Shown here in pieces: positions 8,894 to 20,134 of a stretch of DNA of 64,000 nucleotides (position 1 is its first letter; each line of letters opens with the position of its first letter). The stretch is from NCBI GenBank assembly GCA_963797555.1, contig CAWCPV010000002.1:128001-192000 (forward strand). The letters run 5' to 3'. The notes beneath the pieces are model-generated. The model did not search any database. It was not told the origin of the DNA and saw nothing but the letters and a program-made list of their open reading frames with translations. This DNA is from an uncultured Gammaproteobacteria bacterium (lineage in GTDB: Bacteria; Pseudomonadota; Gammaproteobacteria; CAWCPV01). The position numbers and the translations under genes were made by a program.

Positions 8894-10323
8894 ATGTCGC
8901 GACCGCGGAGGAGCGAGACTTGAACTCCTCCTTGCGTAGACCGTACTTGCTCATCAGCTTGTGAAGCTGTCTGGGAGTGATACCGGCCGCGTGTGCAGTG
9001 CGGTCGATGCGCCCCTGATGCGCCGCCAGCAACTCCTTCAGATAGCGCCGCTCCAGGCTTTCGGTCCCGCTGCGGCGAACTTCGGCTAGCGTTCGGGTGA
9101 TGTCGAGCGGGAGGTGGGCCTGGCGTGCACTGTCGGCGAACAGTTCCCCAGGAAAGCTCTCGGGGGTGAGCACCGATGTCGTCTCGAGGATGTACGCTCG
9201 TTCCACCAGATTCTCCAGCTCGCGGATATTCCCGGGCCAAGGATAGGCCGCGAACGCGTCCATGACCGCGGGACTGACCGCCAGCATGCGTTTCGAGTGG
9301 AACTGGTTGAGTCTCTCCAGAAAGGCGTCGACCAACGGGGGAATGTCCTCCGTGCGCTCCCTCAAAGGCGGTATCTCGATGGGAAACACGTTGAGCCGGT
9401 AGTAGAGGTCACTCCGCAGGCTGCCCTCGGCCACCATGCGCCTCAAATCGGCATTGGTCGCCGCGATGATGCGCACGTCGGTAGCAATCACCTCTTCGCC
9501 GCCCACGCGTTGCAGCGTGCGCTCCTGAAGCACCTGCAGCAGCTTGATCTGCATCGCCGGCGAGATGGTGCCGATCTCGTCCAGGAACAGGGTCCCGCCG
9601 TGTGCGATTTCGAACTTGCCGAGCTTGCGGCGCACCGCACCGGTAAAGGCCCCCTTTTCGTGGCCGAAAAGCTCACTCTCCAGCAGACCCTCGGGGATCG
9701 CGCCGCAGTGCACGCTGATGAACTGGTGCTGAGCCCGATCGCTGTGGCGGTGGATGAGCCGGGCAAGCACCCCCTTCCCCGTCCCGGTCTCCCCCGTGAG
9801 CAGCACCGTGGTCCGGGTCTTGGCCACGGAACGGATCTTGTTGAACACCTGCTGCATGGCTGGATTGTGGGTGCGGACCAGATCGAGTGAGTCGTACTGC
9901 CAAAACGTGTCCCGTAGGTAGTCCAACTCCCATTGCAGGCGCAGCGACTCCTCGATACTCTCTTTGACGTAGCGAACCTCGTCCGGATTGACGGGATAGG
10001 TGAGGTAGTTGCTCGCCCCTGCCTTCACCGCCTTGACCCCTTCGCGCACGCGGTCCTGGGAAGTCAACACCACCACCTCCGCCCCGGGAAAGTTTTGCCA
10101 CAGCCCCTGCAGGGCGGTTCGATAGTCCCGCTGACCGTTGCCAGAGCCGCTGCCCGGCAACAGGTCGAGGTCGATGAAGACGAACTCATAGCGTCGCCCC
10201 GCCGCGGAGCCGACACCAGACTCGGGGGCGGCGACGACGTCCACGCGGTATTCGGAGCGGAAGGAGTCGCAGATGCCCGCGTGTTCAGCGGCATTGTCCG
10301 AAACGACCAGGATGGATTCTCAC
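8892..10323 (-). CDS. NtrC-type sigma54-dependent response regulator (REC-AAA+-HTH)
   Basis: GETGTGKG, ESELFGHEKGAFTGA, LFLDEIG, WPGNIRELEN, Fis-type HTH. The frame stays open upstream of 10244 (SILVVSDN) to a GTG at 10323 that is offset by one base. Confidence 0.9.
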
Positions 10324-11318
10324 GCCCTCCCCCCGAGCACATCCGAGCAGCTTTGGGCGGGCGGGCCCGCGACAGGCGCCGAGCCTGATGCTCGCGGGCT
10401 CATGTCCTCGACTCCTGCGTCCTTGGCGGTCGCAGGTAGCTGACGCTCCAGCAAATGCACCTGCTCGCGCAATTCCTCCACCTCCAACTCCTTCTCCGTC
10501 AGAAGCTCTCGCAGGTTGCGCAGCCGCTTCCGCGGGTCGCGGTAAAGCATACGCTGCACCGCGTCCAAGAGCACCAGGGCCCGGAAAGTCCGGGTAAGGA
10601 CTCCCCGCAGGCGAAAGACGCGGGTAACGCTGGACAGCCTGGCCACCCGCAGCAGGCGCAAGCTGCGCAGGAAGGCAATGAGCGGCAGCAGGATAATGGC
10701 CAGATCCAGCCAGTGCTGCTTGCAGTAACGCAGCTTGTGCTCGGCCACCGAGACCATGACGATGAACTCTCCAGCGAAGGCAACCCAGATGAGGCCGGTG
10801 CCCAAATCCAGTGCCGCCGCCAAGGTGGGCGACTCGGCGACGCGATCCTTTAGCGCGAAGTCCGCTGCGAGCACCGGCAGGATGAGCAGGGCAATGATGA
10901 TCATGGGCACGCTGAAGGCACGCTCCAGACGCCGGTGCAGGTCTCGGTCTACCGTCTGCCAGCCCAGCCGCGGAAGCCAGACCCGGCCGGGGTCGCTCCA
11001 GCGCCGCGCCGCGAGCCGCAGCGGCGGCAGCAGGCAGATCACCAGCGCCCGTGCGTGGTCCCGCGCAGAGCGTCGGCCGAGCAGCCAGCTCTGGACAGCG
11101 CATTCCAGCAGGAAGGGAATCCACAGGACTAGATAGAGCCACAGGAACGCCCGGATCTCCCGATCGTTCAGGTCGGGGCTCTGAAAGCGCTGGATCGCGG
11201 CCGCTGTCACTAACAGAAACGACAGGGAGAGGACGAACATGGGCACCGTCAGGCGCTCCTCGAGTGCCTGCTGCATGCGGCTTCGGCTGTCCCCTACCGA
11301 CTCAGGTCGGGGATTCAT
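10320..11318 (-). CDS. Ion-transport/voltage-sensor-like membrane protein with C-terminal coiled coil
   Basis: Several TM segments; S4-like LRSLRLLRVARL repeat; no clear GYG pore motif. Confidence 0.6.
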   Translation of the reverse strand: MNPRPESVGDSRSRMQQALEERLTVPMFVLSLSFLLVTAAAIQRFQSPDLNDREIRAFLWLYLVLWIPFLLECAVQSWLLGRRSARDHARALVICLLPPLRLAARRWSDPGRVWLPRLGWQTVDRDLHRRLERAFSVPMIIIALLILPVLAADFALKDRVAESPTLAAALDLGTGLIWVAFAGEFIVMVSVAEHKLRYCKQHWLDLAIILLPLIAFLRSLRLLRVARLSSVTRVFRLRGVLTRTFRALVLLDAVQRMLYRDPRKRLRNLRELLTEKELEVEELREQVHLLERQLPATAKDAGVEDMSPRASGSAPVAGPPAQSCSDVLGGRA

Positions 11319-11325
11319 GGAACGC

Positions 11326-11865
11326 TCAGCCGGCGCGTTCGCGCAGGTATGCATCCTTGAGCCGCACATAGTGTCCGGCGGAGTATTCCAGGAAGCGCAG
11401 CTCCTCGTCGCGCAGCGGCCGGACCCTGCGCGCCGGGCTCCCCAACCACAGGTAGCCCCCTTCCAACTCCTTGCCCAACGTCACCAGACTACCCGCCCCC
11501 ACCACGACGTGTGGCTGGAGCACCGCACCGTCCAGGACCACCGAGCCCATGCCCACCAGAGAGAAGTCCCCTACCGTGCAGGCGTGCAGCACCACCCGGT
11601 GACCGACGGTGACGTGATCTCCGACGCGCAGCGGGTGGCCCCCGGGATCGAACGCCGAGTCGTGCGTCACATGCAGCACGCATCCATCCTGGATGTTGGT
11701 GCCGCGGCCGATGTCGATGGCGTTGACGTCGCCGCGTACCACGCTCATGGGCCAGATCGAGCTGTCATCCCCCACGGTAACGCGGCCGACGACCAATGCT
11801 GTGTCGTCCACATAGGCCGATGGCGCGACTTGAGGCCGGTGTCCCTGGTAGTGGCGCAGAGCCAT
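11326..11865 (-). CDS. Gamma carbonic anhydrase family protein (YrdA-like)
   Basis: Hexapeptide repeats, VVRGDVN, NIQDG..LH, VGH...H. Confidence 0.9.
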   Translation of the reverse strand: MALRHYQGHRPQVAPSAYVDDTALVVGRVTVGDDSSIWPMSVVRGDVNAIDIGRGTNIQDGCVLHVTHDSAFDPGGHPLRVGDHVTVGHRVVLHACTVGDFSLVGMGSVVLDGAVLQPHVVVGAGSLVTLGKELEGGYLWLGSPARRVRPLRDEELRFLEYSAGHYVRLKDAYLRERAG

Positions 11866-13217
11866 CAGCGCAGCGTCACCAGCTCTTCGGCCAGGGTGGG
11901 GTGGATGGCTACGGTGTTGTCTAATTGTGGCTTGGTAGCTCCGATCTGGACGGCTACCGCGAAGCCTTGCAGCAGCTCGTCGGCCCCGGGACCGATGACG
12001 TGGCATCCGACAACCTTTTCCTGGACGCCGACCGTCACCAGCTTCACGGCGGCATTGACCCTGCGCCGACCGATAGCGTGATAGAGCGGCACGAAGTTGC
12101 TCTGGTATACCTTGACCGCAGCCCCGTGTTGCTCGCGAGCCTCCCCCTCCGTCAGACCCACGGTCCCGAGCGGGGGATGCCCGAATACCACCGAAGGAAT
12201 GTTACTGTAGTCCAGCTTGCAATCCGGTTCTCCCCCGAACAGGCGCCTTGCCAAGCGCCTGCCCGCGGCGATGGCCACCGGTGTCAGCGGCGCCCTGCCT
12301 GTCACGTCCCCAATGGCGTAAATGCCGGGCACGTTGGTATTCTGGTACTCGTCCGTCACGATCGCCCCGTGTTCCGCCGTCTCTACGCCGGCCGCCTGCT
12401 GATTCAGGTCCCTCGTGTTCGGGACGCGCCCCGTCGCCCAGAGCAGCACGTCGAAGCTGGAGAGGTAGTGCCCCCCGCTGTGGCACAGCGCTACTGTTCC
12501 GTCGCTTTGGCGCTCGACGTACCCGAGCGGCTGGTTGAATAAGATATCGATGCCATTCGCGCGTAGCTCGTCCATCATGCTCTCGCGCAGCATGACGTCA
12601 AAGTTGGTGAGGAAGTCCTCCTCACCACGCAACACCATCAGCACTTCGCTCCCCAGGGCCTTCAGCACTCCGGCCAGCTCCACGGCGATGTATCCACCGC
12701 CGACCACTGCGACCCGCCGCGGCCGTTGATCCAGCTCGAAGAACCCGTCGGAGGTGATGCCCAGCTCGGCCCCCGGAATGTCCGGCACCACGGGGCGACT
12801 GCCCGTCGCGATCACGATATGCTCTGCCGAGTAGCGCTCGCCGCTCACCTCCACCGTGCGCCCATCGGTGAATCGCGCGACACCTGCCGCGTGTTCCACT
12901 CCGCAGTCGGCCAGGTAGTTCCGATAGCGATCGTTCAGGGTGTGCAGGTAGTTGTCGCGCGCGCCCTTGAGCGCCCCCCAGTCGTGGGTTTCCACAGTCA
13001 GGTGGAAGGCATAGTCCCGTGCATCCTGCAGGGCGTCGGCGATGTGGGCCGCGTACCACATGATCTTCTTCGGGACGCAGCCCCGGTTCACACAGGTCCC
13101 GCCCAGGCGTCCAGCCTCGATGAGTAACGTGGCGGCGCCGAAGTGGGCGGCCCGCTCGGCCACCGAGAGACCCCCGCTGCCGCCCCCGATGGCGATGAGA
13201 TCAAAGTGCCTTCCCAT
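11865..13217 (-). CDS. gor: Glutathione-disulfide reductase
   Basis: [33 protein letters not shown]. Confidence 0.93.
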   Translation of the reverse strand: MGRHFDLIAIGGGSGGLSVAERAAHFGAATLLIEAGRLGGTCVNRGCVPKKIMWYAAHIADALQDARDYAFHLTVETHDWGALKGARDNYLHTLNDRYRNYLADCGVEHAAGVARFTDGRTVEVSGERYSAEHIVIATGSRPVVPDIPGAELGITSDGFFELDQRPRRVAVVGGGYIAVELAGVLKALGSEVLMVLRGEEDFLTNFDVMLRESMMDELRANGIDILFNQPLGYVERQSDGTVALCHSGGHYLSSFDVLLWATGRVPNTRDLNQQAAGVETAEHGAIVTDEYQNTNVPGIYAIGDVTGRAPLTPVAIAAGRRLARRLFGGEPDCKLDYSNIPSVVFGHPPLGTVGLTEGEAREQHGAAVKVYQSNFVPLYHAIGRRRVNAAVKLVTVGVQEKVVGCHVIGPGADELLQGFAVAVQIGATKPQLDNTVAIHPTLAEELVTLR

Positions 13218-13349
13218 GCTTTAGTCCGCCTGCTCGCCAACCGGCTCGAACACCCCACGCCGACTGCGTCCGGAGCCTTGGCGCCGTGGTGCGCGCGAGG
13301 TTTTGGCGCTAGTATAACGCACTGCCTTCGCGCCTTCCCAAGGGTACAG

Positions 13350-15404
13350 ATGTCCAATCCATTGCTCGATCTGAGCGACCTCCCGCGTTTCTCGATCATC
13401 GGGCCGGAGCACGTGGAGCCAGCGGTGGACCGGGTACTGGCCGACAACCGAGACCGCCTGAAGGGGTTGCTGGCCGAAGAGCGCCCCCACACCTGGGGCA
13501 GCCTGGTGGAGCCGCTGGAGGAGATCCAGGATCGCCTCAACCGCGTATGGTCGCCGGTTCGCCATCTGAACTCCGTGGCAAACTCGGCGCCTCTGCGCGC
13601 CGCATACAACGCCTGCCTTCCCAAGCTCACGGACTATGCCGCGGAGCTTGGCCAGAACGAGGCTCTGTTCAGCGCATTTGTAGGGCTGAAAGGCGGGCAG
13701 GAGTACGCACGCCTCGATGCTGGACAGCGTCGCGTCGTGGACAACGCCTTGCGGGACTTCCACTTGGCCGGAGTAGACCTATCGCCGGCAGCCAAGGAGC
13801 GCTATCGGGAGATCCAGCAGGAGTTGGCTCGCCTCACCAGCCGATTTCAGGACAACGTGCTGGACGCCACCCAGGGATGGAGCAAGCACGTCATGGACGA
13901 GCGCGATCTCGGCGGGTTACCTGAATCGGCGCGGGATCTGGCCCGCCAGGCGGCCGAAGACAAAGGCCTGGAGGGCTGGCTGTTCACTCTCGAGTTCCCC
14001 TCCTATATCGCGGTCATGACCTACGCGGATCGCAGAGAGCTGCGACGCGAAATGTACCAGGCGTACGTCACCCGCGCCTCCGACACCGGCCCCAATGCCG
14101 GCCGTTGGGACAACAGCACTGTCATGGAGCGCATCTTGTCCCTGAGGCACGCGCTGGCCCGCCTCACAGGGTTCGCGAACTTCGCCGAGCGGTCGCTCGC
14201 CACCAAAATGGTCTCGCGGCCCGAGCAGGTGCTGGACTTCCTGCATGACCTCACGGAGCGCTCCCGGCCGCGCGCCCAGCGGGAGCTTGAAGAGGTGCGA
14301 GCCTATGCCCGGGCACAGTCAGGTGCCGACGACCTACAGGTCTGGGACGTCCCCTATTACTCCGAAAGACTTCGCCGGGAGCGCTATGCGCTCACGCAGG
14401 AGGATCTCAAACCTTACTTCCCCGAGCCCCGCGTCCTCCGGGGGCTGTTCGACTTGGTGGGCGCCCTGTTCGGGCTGCGCGTCCGGCAACGGAGCGGCGT
14501 CGAAGTATGGCACCCGGGTGTGCGCTTCTTCGAGATACTCGATTCCAGAGGGGAAGTGCGCGGCCAGTTCTACCTCGACCTGTACGCCCGCGCCAACAAA
14601 CGCGGGGGTGCCTGGATGGACGACTGCGTGAGCCGCCGGCGCACTGCACACGGCGTGCAAACCCCAGTGGCCCACCTGGTGTGCAACCTCTCGCTCGGAG
14701 TGGGCGACAGGCCGGCGCTTTTCACGCACGACGAGGTCATCACTCTGTTCCATGAATTCGGCCACGGGCTGCACCACATGCTCACCCGGGTCGATTACGC
14801 CGCCGTCTCGGGCATCAACGGGGTGGCGTGGGACGCCGTGGAGCTGCCCAGCCAGTTCATGGAAAACTGGTGCTGGGAACGCGTGGTCGTGGACCTCGTC
14901 TCGGGGCACTACCGCAGCGGCGAGCCATTGCCTCAGGCACTGTTCGAGCGCATGCGCGCAGCGCGCAACTTCCAGTCGGCGATGTTCACGGCACGGCAGC
15001 TCGAATTCGCGCTGTTCGATTTCCGGCTGCATTTGGAGTACGACCCGGACCAAGGCCCGCGCATCCAGGAGATCCTCGACGACGTTCGCAACCAAGTCGC
15101 CGTGCTGAGGCCACCGCCTTTCAATAGATTCCAGCACAGCTTCTCGCACGTCTTTGCCGGTGGATATGCCGCCGGCTATTACAGTTACAAATGGGCGGAG
15201 GTGCTGTCGGCAGATGCCTTTGCCAAGTTCGAAGAGAACGGTCTGCCCGATGCGGCCACGGGGGAGCAGTTCCTACATACGATCCTCGAGCAGGGCGGCT
15301 CGCGGGACCCCATGGAGCTATTCGTGGAGTTCCGGGGTCGGCAGCCTTCCATCGAAGCCCTGCTGCGGCACAACGAGATGATCGCGGACACCGAGGTGCG
15401 TTAG
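13350..15404 (+). CDS. prlC: Oligopeptidase A (M3 peptidase)
   Basis: MSNPLL start, HEFGHGLHH zinc motif, AVELPSQFMENW, GYYSYKWAE. Confidence 0.95.
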   Translation: MSNPLLDLSDLPRFSIIGPEHVEPAVDRVLADNRDRLKGLLAEERPHTWGSLVEPLEEIQDRLNRVWSPVRHLNSVANSAPLRAAYNACLPKLTDYAAELGQNEALFSAFVGLKGGQEYARLDAGQRRVVDNALRDFHLAGVDLSPAAKERYREIQQELARLTSRFQDNVLDATQGWSKHVMDERDLGGLPESARDLARQAAEDKGLEGWLFTLEFPSYIAVMTYADRRELRREMYQAYVTRASDTGPNAGRWDNSTVMERILSLRHALARLTGFANFAERSLATKMVSRPEQVLDFLHDLTERSRPRAQRELEEVRAYARAQSGADDLQVWDVPYYSERLRRERYALTQEDLKPYFPEPRVLRGLFDLVGALFGLRVRQRSGVEVWHPGVRFFEILDSRGEVRGQFYLDLYARANKRGGAWMDDCVSRRRTAHGVQTPVAHLVCNLSLGVGDRPALFTHDEVITLFHEFGHGLHHMLTRVDYAAVSGINGVAWDAVELPSQFMENWCWERVVVDLVSGHYRSGEPLPQALFERMRAARNFQSAMFTARQLEFALFDFRLHLEYDPDQGPRIQEILDDVRNQVAVLRPPPFNRFQHSFSHVFAGGYAAGYYSYKWAEVLSADAFAKFEENGLPDAATGEQFLHTILEQGGSRDPMELFVEFRGRQPSIEALLRHNEMIADTEVR

Positions 15405-15417
15405 GGAGACGCTCGGC

Positions 15418-16188
15418 GTGCGCACCATCGCCACCTGGAACGTCAATTCCCTGCGCGCCCGGCTGGACCACCTTCGGACTTGGCTCGACCAGGCACGCCC
15501 CGACATCCTCGCAATTCAGGAGACGAAGCTGCCCGACGCGGAGTTCCCCGCCGATCAGATACGCTCCTTCGGCTACGAGGTTCTCTTCTCGGGACAGAAG
15601 GGATACAACGGTGTCGCCATCCTGGGACGGAAGCCCGGCGAGGACCCGGTGACCTCGGTCCCCAATCTCGCGGACGACCAACGCCGCATCCTCGCGGCGA
15701 CCTACGGCGGCGTACGCGTAATCAACGTCTACGTACCGAACGGCGCGTTCGTCGGCTCCAAGAAGTACGAGTACAAGCTCGCGTGGTTGGAGCACCTCGT
15801 GGCGTTCGTGAAGCGGGAGATGCAGCGCCACGTCCAGCTTGCCCTGCTGGGCGACTTCAACATCGCCCCCGAGGATCGCGACGTTTATAACCCGAAGCTA
15901 TGGGAGGGGCGTGTCCTGTGCAGCGAACCGGAGCGCCGGGCGTTTCGAGCGCTGCTGGACCTGGGGCTCACCGACACCTTCCGGGTGTTCGAGCAGGCGC
16001 AGGGCCACTACACTTGGTGGGACTATCGGGGAAGAGCCCTGGAGCGCAATCAGGGACTGCGCATCGACCACCTGCTTGCTACGAACGCTCTGTGCAAGGC
16101 ATGCTCCGCCTGTCGCGTCGACCGCGCGGCACGTGCGTGGGACAAGCCTTCGGACCATGCGCCCGTGGTGGCCGAGTTCGATATCTAA
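15418..16188 (+). CDS. xth: Exodeoxyribonuclease III
   Basis: ATWNVNS, QETK, GDFNIAP, TWWDYR, SDHAP. Confidence 0.93.
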   Translation: MRTIATWNVNSLRARLDHLRTWLDQARPDILAIQETKLPDAEFPADQIRSFGYEVLFSGQKGYNGVAILGRKPGEDPVTSVPNLADDQRRILAATYGGVRVINVYVPNGAFVGSKKYEYKLAWLEHLVAFVKREMQRHVQLALLGDFNIAPEDRDVYNPKLWEGRVLCSEPERRAFRALLDLGLTDTFRVFEQAQGHYTWWDYRGRALERNQGLRIDHLLATNALCKACSACRVDRAARAWDKPSDHAPVVAEFDI

Positions 16189-16353
16189 AACGGGCGGGCA
16201 TCGCGGGGCCGAGCAAGGACCCAGCACCAAGCGCTTGTGAATACATCCGCCGCGCGACCCGATGTCGCGATAGGGGCGTCGCGTGGTACTCGCTCGCCTT
16301 GGCCCTCGGGCCGAGTTCTTAACAAGCTCCCGGCCTGGGCGCTGCGGCCCCTG

Positions 16354-16800
16354 TCAGTTCACGATCCTCCAGGTGCCCTGCGGCTGGCGGCAGGCCGTGC
16401 CGTGGCCTTCCTCGCGGTGACCGCCCACGTGGACGTCCACGCTGTACTGGCGGCAGTAATCGCCGCTCGAAGACTGATACGTGCGAACCGGTACCATGCG
16501 CACATCGGCACCGGTCTCGGGGTTGCGCCACGAGGTGGCCTGATCGGTGCGGTTGTTTTCGAGCACCTGTTGCGCTCGCATTTCATCCGTGCGGTCGATG
16601 GAGCGGCCCACCTGTTGACCGACCAGCACGCCGCCGACGATTGCGGTCCCGCTCGAGCCGCGACCGACCTCAGCGCCACCCGTGCCGCCCACACCGGCAC
16701 CGGGACCCGTCCCGGTCTGCTCCTTGGGGCGGGCTTCCGTGCACGCGCCCAGCGGGACGGCCACGGATATCATAACCACCGCTGCAAACAACCTCCTCAT
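16354..16800 (-). CDS. 17-kDa surface-antigen-like glycine-zipper lipoprotein
   Basis: Lipobox LGAC, Gly-rich segment, W.NP.TG, YCRQY, GTACRQPQGTW. Confidence 0.8.
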   Translation of the reverse strand: MRRLFAAVVMISVAVPLGACTEARPKEQTGTGPGAGVGGTGGAEVGRGSSGTAIVGGVLVGQQVGRSIDRTDEMRAQQVLENNRTDQATSWRNPETGADVRMVPVRTYQSSSGDYCRQYSVDVHVGGHREEGHGTACRQPQGTWRIVN

Positions 16801-16897
16801 CAGCTCCGATCCTCAAAGACCGAACGCGTCGTCGGCCGTTCCGATGGACGGCAGCCGAGTGCATCATCCCGGCACCCTCCTTGCCGTGCCAACCAAC

Positions 16898-17143
16898 TCA
16901 GGGATTGTCCGGGTCGCAGGAGCCCTCCATCACCCACACTCCCCGCTCGCATCGCAGCATCTCCAATCCCGAGCACACGAACTCGCCGTGGCGGTGGGGC
17001 TTGCCGTTGAAGTAGCAGAGCGGGGTCTCGGTGATCTCCCGCGCGGCCTCTTCCAGCTCCTCGCTCACCTCTTCGACGATGGGAGATGTCTTCAGCTTGG
17101 GATCCGGCGCGCCGACCTGGGGAACACGCATTCGTGAGCTCAT
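16898..17143 (-). CDS. Small Cys-containing protein (DUF1496-like)
   Basis: CYFNG...G.FVCSG..MLRC..G.W...GSC pattern; GGAGG RBS upstream. Confidence 0.6.
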   Translation of the reverse strand: MSSRMRVPQVGAPDPKLKTSPIVEEVSEELEEAAREITETPLCYFNGKPHRHGEFVCSGLEMLRCERGVWVMEGSCDPDNP

Positions 17144-17155
17144 GGCAGGACCCTC

Positions 17156-17540
17156 CTAGCGCTTGGACATCTTGTGCGCCACCAGCTTGGCCTCCGGCAC
17201 GCAACAGTGCAGCGCCGCCGGGAGTCTCCAGGCAGATGCCAGGGATGGGTTTTACGCTCACCCACAGGACGTTGAGCCGTAGGTTGAGGTCGGCATAGAC
17301 CACGGCGTCGCGATACAGGTCGAACACCCGCTGGATGCGGGTCACGATCTGCTCGACGAGATGGACGGGCTTGTCGCGCAGTCCCGGAATGATCATCATG
17401 AAATCGCTGAGGGGCGCCCCATTGTCCCCCCGGGTGGGCACGCGCTTCCATAGCGGCTCCGCGGGCACCGCGGCGCACGGCCGGGCCAGATCCTGACGCT
17501 GCATTCGGGCTCGCGCCTCGGCCACTTTCAATGCACCCAT
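17156..17540 (-). CDS. Hypothetical protein, 1-nt insertion near 17225
   Basis: PAEPLWKRVPTR...SDFMMIIPGL...DLNLRLNVLWVS; a coherent tail (LHCCVPEAKLVAHKMSKR*) continues in another frame. Confidence 0.6.
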
Positions 17541-17574
17541 ACGCATACGCACTTTGCGTGTTAGGCTTACATCC

Positions 17575-17775
17575 ATGCAGGTCTTTGTCAATGGCGAGGC
17601 CCGCGATGTTCCCCAGGGCGCAACCCTGTCCGACCTCGTGCACGCGATGGGACTCGGGGATAGGCGCTTGGCGATAGAGGTCAACTTGGAGATCGTCCCG
17701 CGGAGCAGCCACGGGACCCATCGGCTGCGCGAGGGCGATCGCGTAGAGATCGTGCAGGCCATCGGAGGAGGTTAG
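17575..17775 (+). CDS. thiS: Sulfur carrier protein ThiS
   Basis: 66 aa ubiquitin-like protein ending AIGGG, directly upstream of thiG. Confidence 0.92.
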   Translation: MQVFVNGEARDVPQGATLSDLVHAMGLGDRRLAIEVNLEIVPRSSHGTHRLREGDRVEIVQAIGGG

Positions 17776-17829
17776 CCATGCCGATCCCAATGGGTATAAT
17801 GTCGGCTTAGCCGCAAACAGGATGTACCG

Positions 17830-18636
17830 ATGCTGAGCTCAGCGATACCCGCCACCGCAGACGAGGATGTGCTTGTTGTCGCAGGCAGGACCTATCGCTC
17901 TAGGCTGCTGGTGGGTACGGGCAAGTACCGTGATCTCGAGCAGACGCGGCGTGCCGTAGAGGCGAGCGGCGCCGAGATCGTCACCGTCGCGCTGCGTCGC
18001 ACCAACCTGGGGCAGAATCCCGACGAGCCCAACCTGCTGGAAGTGCTTCCGCCGGACCGTTACACCATACTGCCCAACACCGCAGGTTGTTACACCGTTC
18101 AGGACGCGGTGCGTACCGCCCGCCTGGGCCGCGAGATCCTGGGCCACAGCCTGGTCAAGCTGGAGGTGCTGGGGGATGCGAAGACGCTGTTTCCCGATGT
18201 GACCGCGACTCTGGAGGCCGCCGAGATTCTGGTGCAGGCGCATTTCCAGGTCATGGTTTATACCAGCGACGACCCCATCATCGCCGGCCGCCTCGCGGAA
18301 ATCGGCTGCGTGGCCGTGATGCCGCTGGCCGCCCCCATCGGCTCCGGGCTCGGCATACGTAATCCCTACAACATTCGGATCATTGTAGAGCAAGCCAAGG
18401 TCCCGATCCTGGTGGACGCGGGAGTGGGGACGGCCTCGGACGCCGCCATCGCCATGGAGTTAGGCTGCGATGGGGTGCTGATGAATACCGCCATTGCGGA
18501 GGCCAGGAATCCGGAGCTCATGGGTTCCGCGATGAAGAAGGCGGTGGAGGCAGGGCGCGAGGCGTTCCTGGCGGGCCGCATGCCCCGCAGGCTCTACGCG
18601 AGCGCCTCCTCGCCGCTGCAGGGTACCTTTTTCTAA
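17830..18636 (+). CDS. thiG: Thiazole synthase
   Basis: [37 protein letters not shown]. Confidence 0.95.
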   Translation: MLSSAIPATADEDVLVVAGRTYRSRLLVGTGKYRDLEQTRRAVEASGAEIVTVALRRTNLGQNPDEPNLLEVLPPDRYTILPNTAGCYTVQDAVRTARLGREILGHSLVKLEVLGDAKTLFPDVTATLEAAEILVQAHFQVMVYTSDDPIIAGRLAEIGCVAVMPLAAPIGSGLGIRNPYNIRIIVEQAKVPILVDAGVGTASDAAIAMELGCDGVLMNTAIAEARNPELMGSAMKKAVEAGREAFLAGRMPRRLYASASSPLQGTFF

Positions 18637-18651
18637 CTTCTAATTCGCACC

Positions 18652-19392
18652 GTGCGGAGCGCGCACCGGCCTGCCTCGCTCACGTTGCCGGTAACGGATT
18701 CATCGCGGTATCCAATTCGCAGCTACGTGCGCCGCGAGGGGCGCATGACTCCAGCCCAGCACCGGGCACTGACGGCCTTATGGCCGCAATACGGGCTTGA
18801 GCCTCCGGTGGATCTGGACGCCGCCTTCGGCCGCCGCGCCCCCCGCCACCTGGAGATCGGTTTCGGCAACGGTGACGCCCTCCTGGCCATGGCCGGGGCT
18901 CACGCCGAAAACGATTACCTGGGAATCGAAGTGTATCGCCCCGGGATCGGTAGCCTACTCGCCCGCGCCGCTGAGCGCCGCTTAGGCAATCTTCGCGTGC
19001 TCCAGGCTGATGCCGTCGGAGCGCTGTCCCACATTATTCCCGACGCTGCCTTGGCGGCGATCTACATCCTCTTCCCCGATCCGTGGCCGAAGAAACGCCA
19101 CCACAAGCGCCGGCTCATTCAAGCGCCCTTGGCAGCGCTGCTCGCGAGGAAGCTCGCCCTGAGGGGGCGCGTCAGCATCGCCACCGACTGGGCGCCTTAT
19201 GCAGCGCAGGTGCTAGAAGTGATGGGGGCCAGCTCGAGCTTCACCAACCTGGCGGGTCCGGATCGATTCGCCCAACGGCCCGCAGAGCGTCCGTTGACTC
19301 GCTTCGAGCTGCGCGGGCAGCGCCTGGGCCATGTGGTGCATGATCTGATATTCGAACGCTGTGCCCCCGGACCCCGCGAGATCGACGAGTAG
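18652..19392 (+). CDS. trmB: tRNA (guanine-N7)-methyltransferase
   Basis: IRSYVRREGRMT, LEIGFGNG, FPDPWPKKRHHKRR, ATDW, TRFE. Confidence 0.93.
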   Translation: MRSAHRPASLTLPVTDSSRYPIRSYVRREGRMTPAQHRALTALWPQYGLEPPVDLDAAFGRRAPRHLEIGFGNGDALLAMAGAHAENDYLGIEVYRPGIGSLLARAAERRLGNLRVLQADAVGALSHIIPDAALAAIYILFPDPWPKKRHHKRRLIQAPLAALLARKLALRGRVSIATDWAPYAAQVLEVMGASSSFTNLAGPDRFAQRPAERPLTRFELRGQRLGHVVHDLIFERCAPGPREIDE

Positions 19393-19638
19393 TCGCTGAC
19401 GGGCCGGTGTTCTGCGCGGCAAGAGTCGGGGCTGGTGATTCGGGCTGGTTGCGGGTCCCGCTCCGCCTCGACATCGCTGCCGGATCGTGCACCGCCCCCC
19501 GCATCCTCGCGCATCCTCGCCCGCACGGTACCGCGGCCGCGCCGAGTTTCTTTTCATCCTCACCCATCAGGTTAACGCACCCCCGACCGCCGACCGGGTG
19601 AAGGAGTTCACGTCCATCGGCTCCCGATGAACCCGCTC

Positions 19639-20064
19639 TCAGCACTGTTCCCAGGGAAGTCCTCGGAACCGCCAGCCGCCACGGGTGCCGCGATGGTGGT
19701 GCTCGTCCAATTCGCCCTCGAAGCCCTCATTGATGTGATAGACATCCTTGATTCCGTCCTTGACCAGGACCTTGCCGGCCTCCAGAGAACGCTTGCCGCT
19801 CCGGCACACCAGGATGACGGGCGCACAGCCGTCACCGTGGCACGCCACACCGCCCAGCAGAACCTTGCGTACATCCGTGACGAAATGCGGATTGATCTTC
19901 CAGTCCGGTTCGTCGATCCAGGCGATGTGAATCGCCCCGGCCGGATGGCCCACGAATAGGTACTCCATGGTGGAGCGCACGTCTATCAGGAGCGCGCGCG
20001 GATTCTCCTGTAGGATCTGGTGAGCCTGCTCCGGGGTCAGTTCCTTCACCTGCTTGTCACTCAT
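19639..20064 (-). CDS. Rhodanese-like protein
   Basis: LIDVRS..EY..VGHP, CRSGKRS active loop, GFEG. Confidence 0.88.
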   Translation of the reverse strand: MSDKQVKELTPEQAHQILQENPRALLIDVRSTMEYLFVGHPAGAIHIAWIDEPDWKINPHFVTDVRKVLLGGVACHGDGCAPVILVCRSGKRSLEAGKVLVKDGIKDVYHINEGFEGELDEHHHRGTRGGWRFRGLPWEQC

Positions 20065-20134
20065 CGGCACCGCCTCCATCAGTTCTGTTATGCTGACTCC
20101 AGTATAGCGCTCTGCGTTAAGGGTCCCCGGACCG

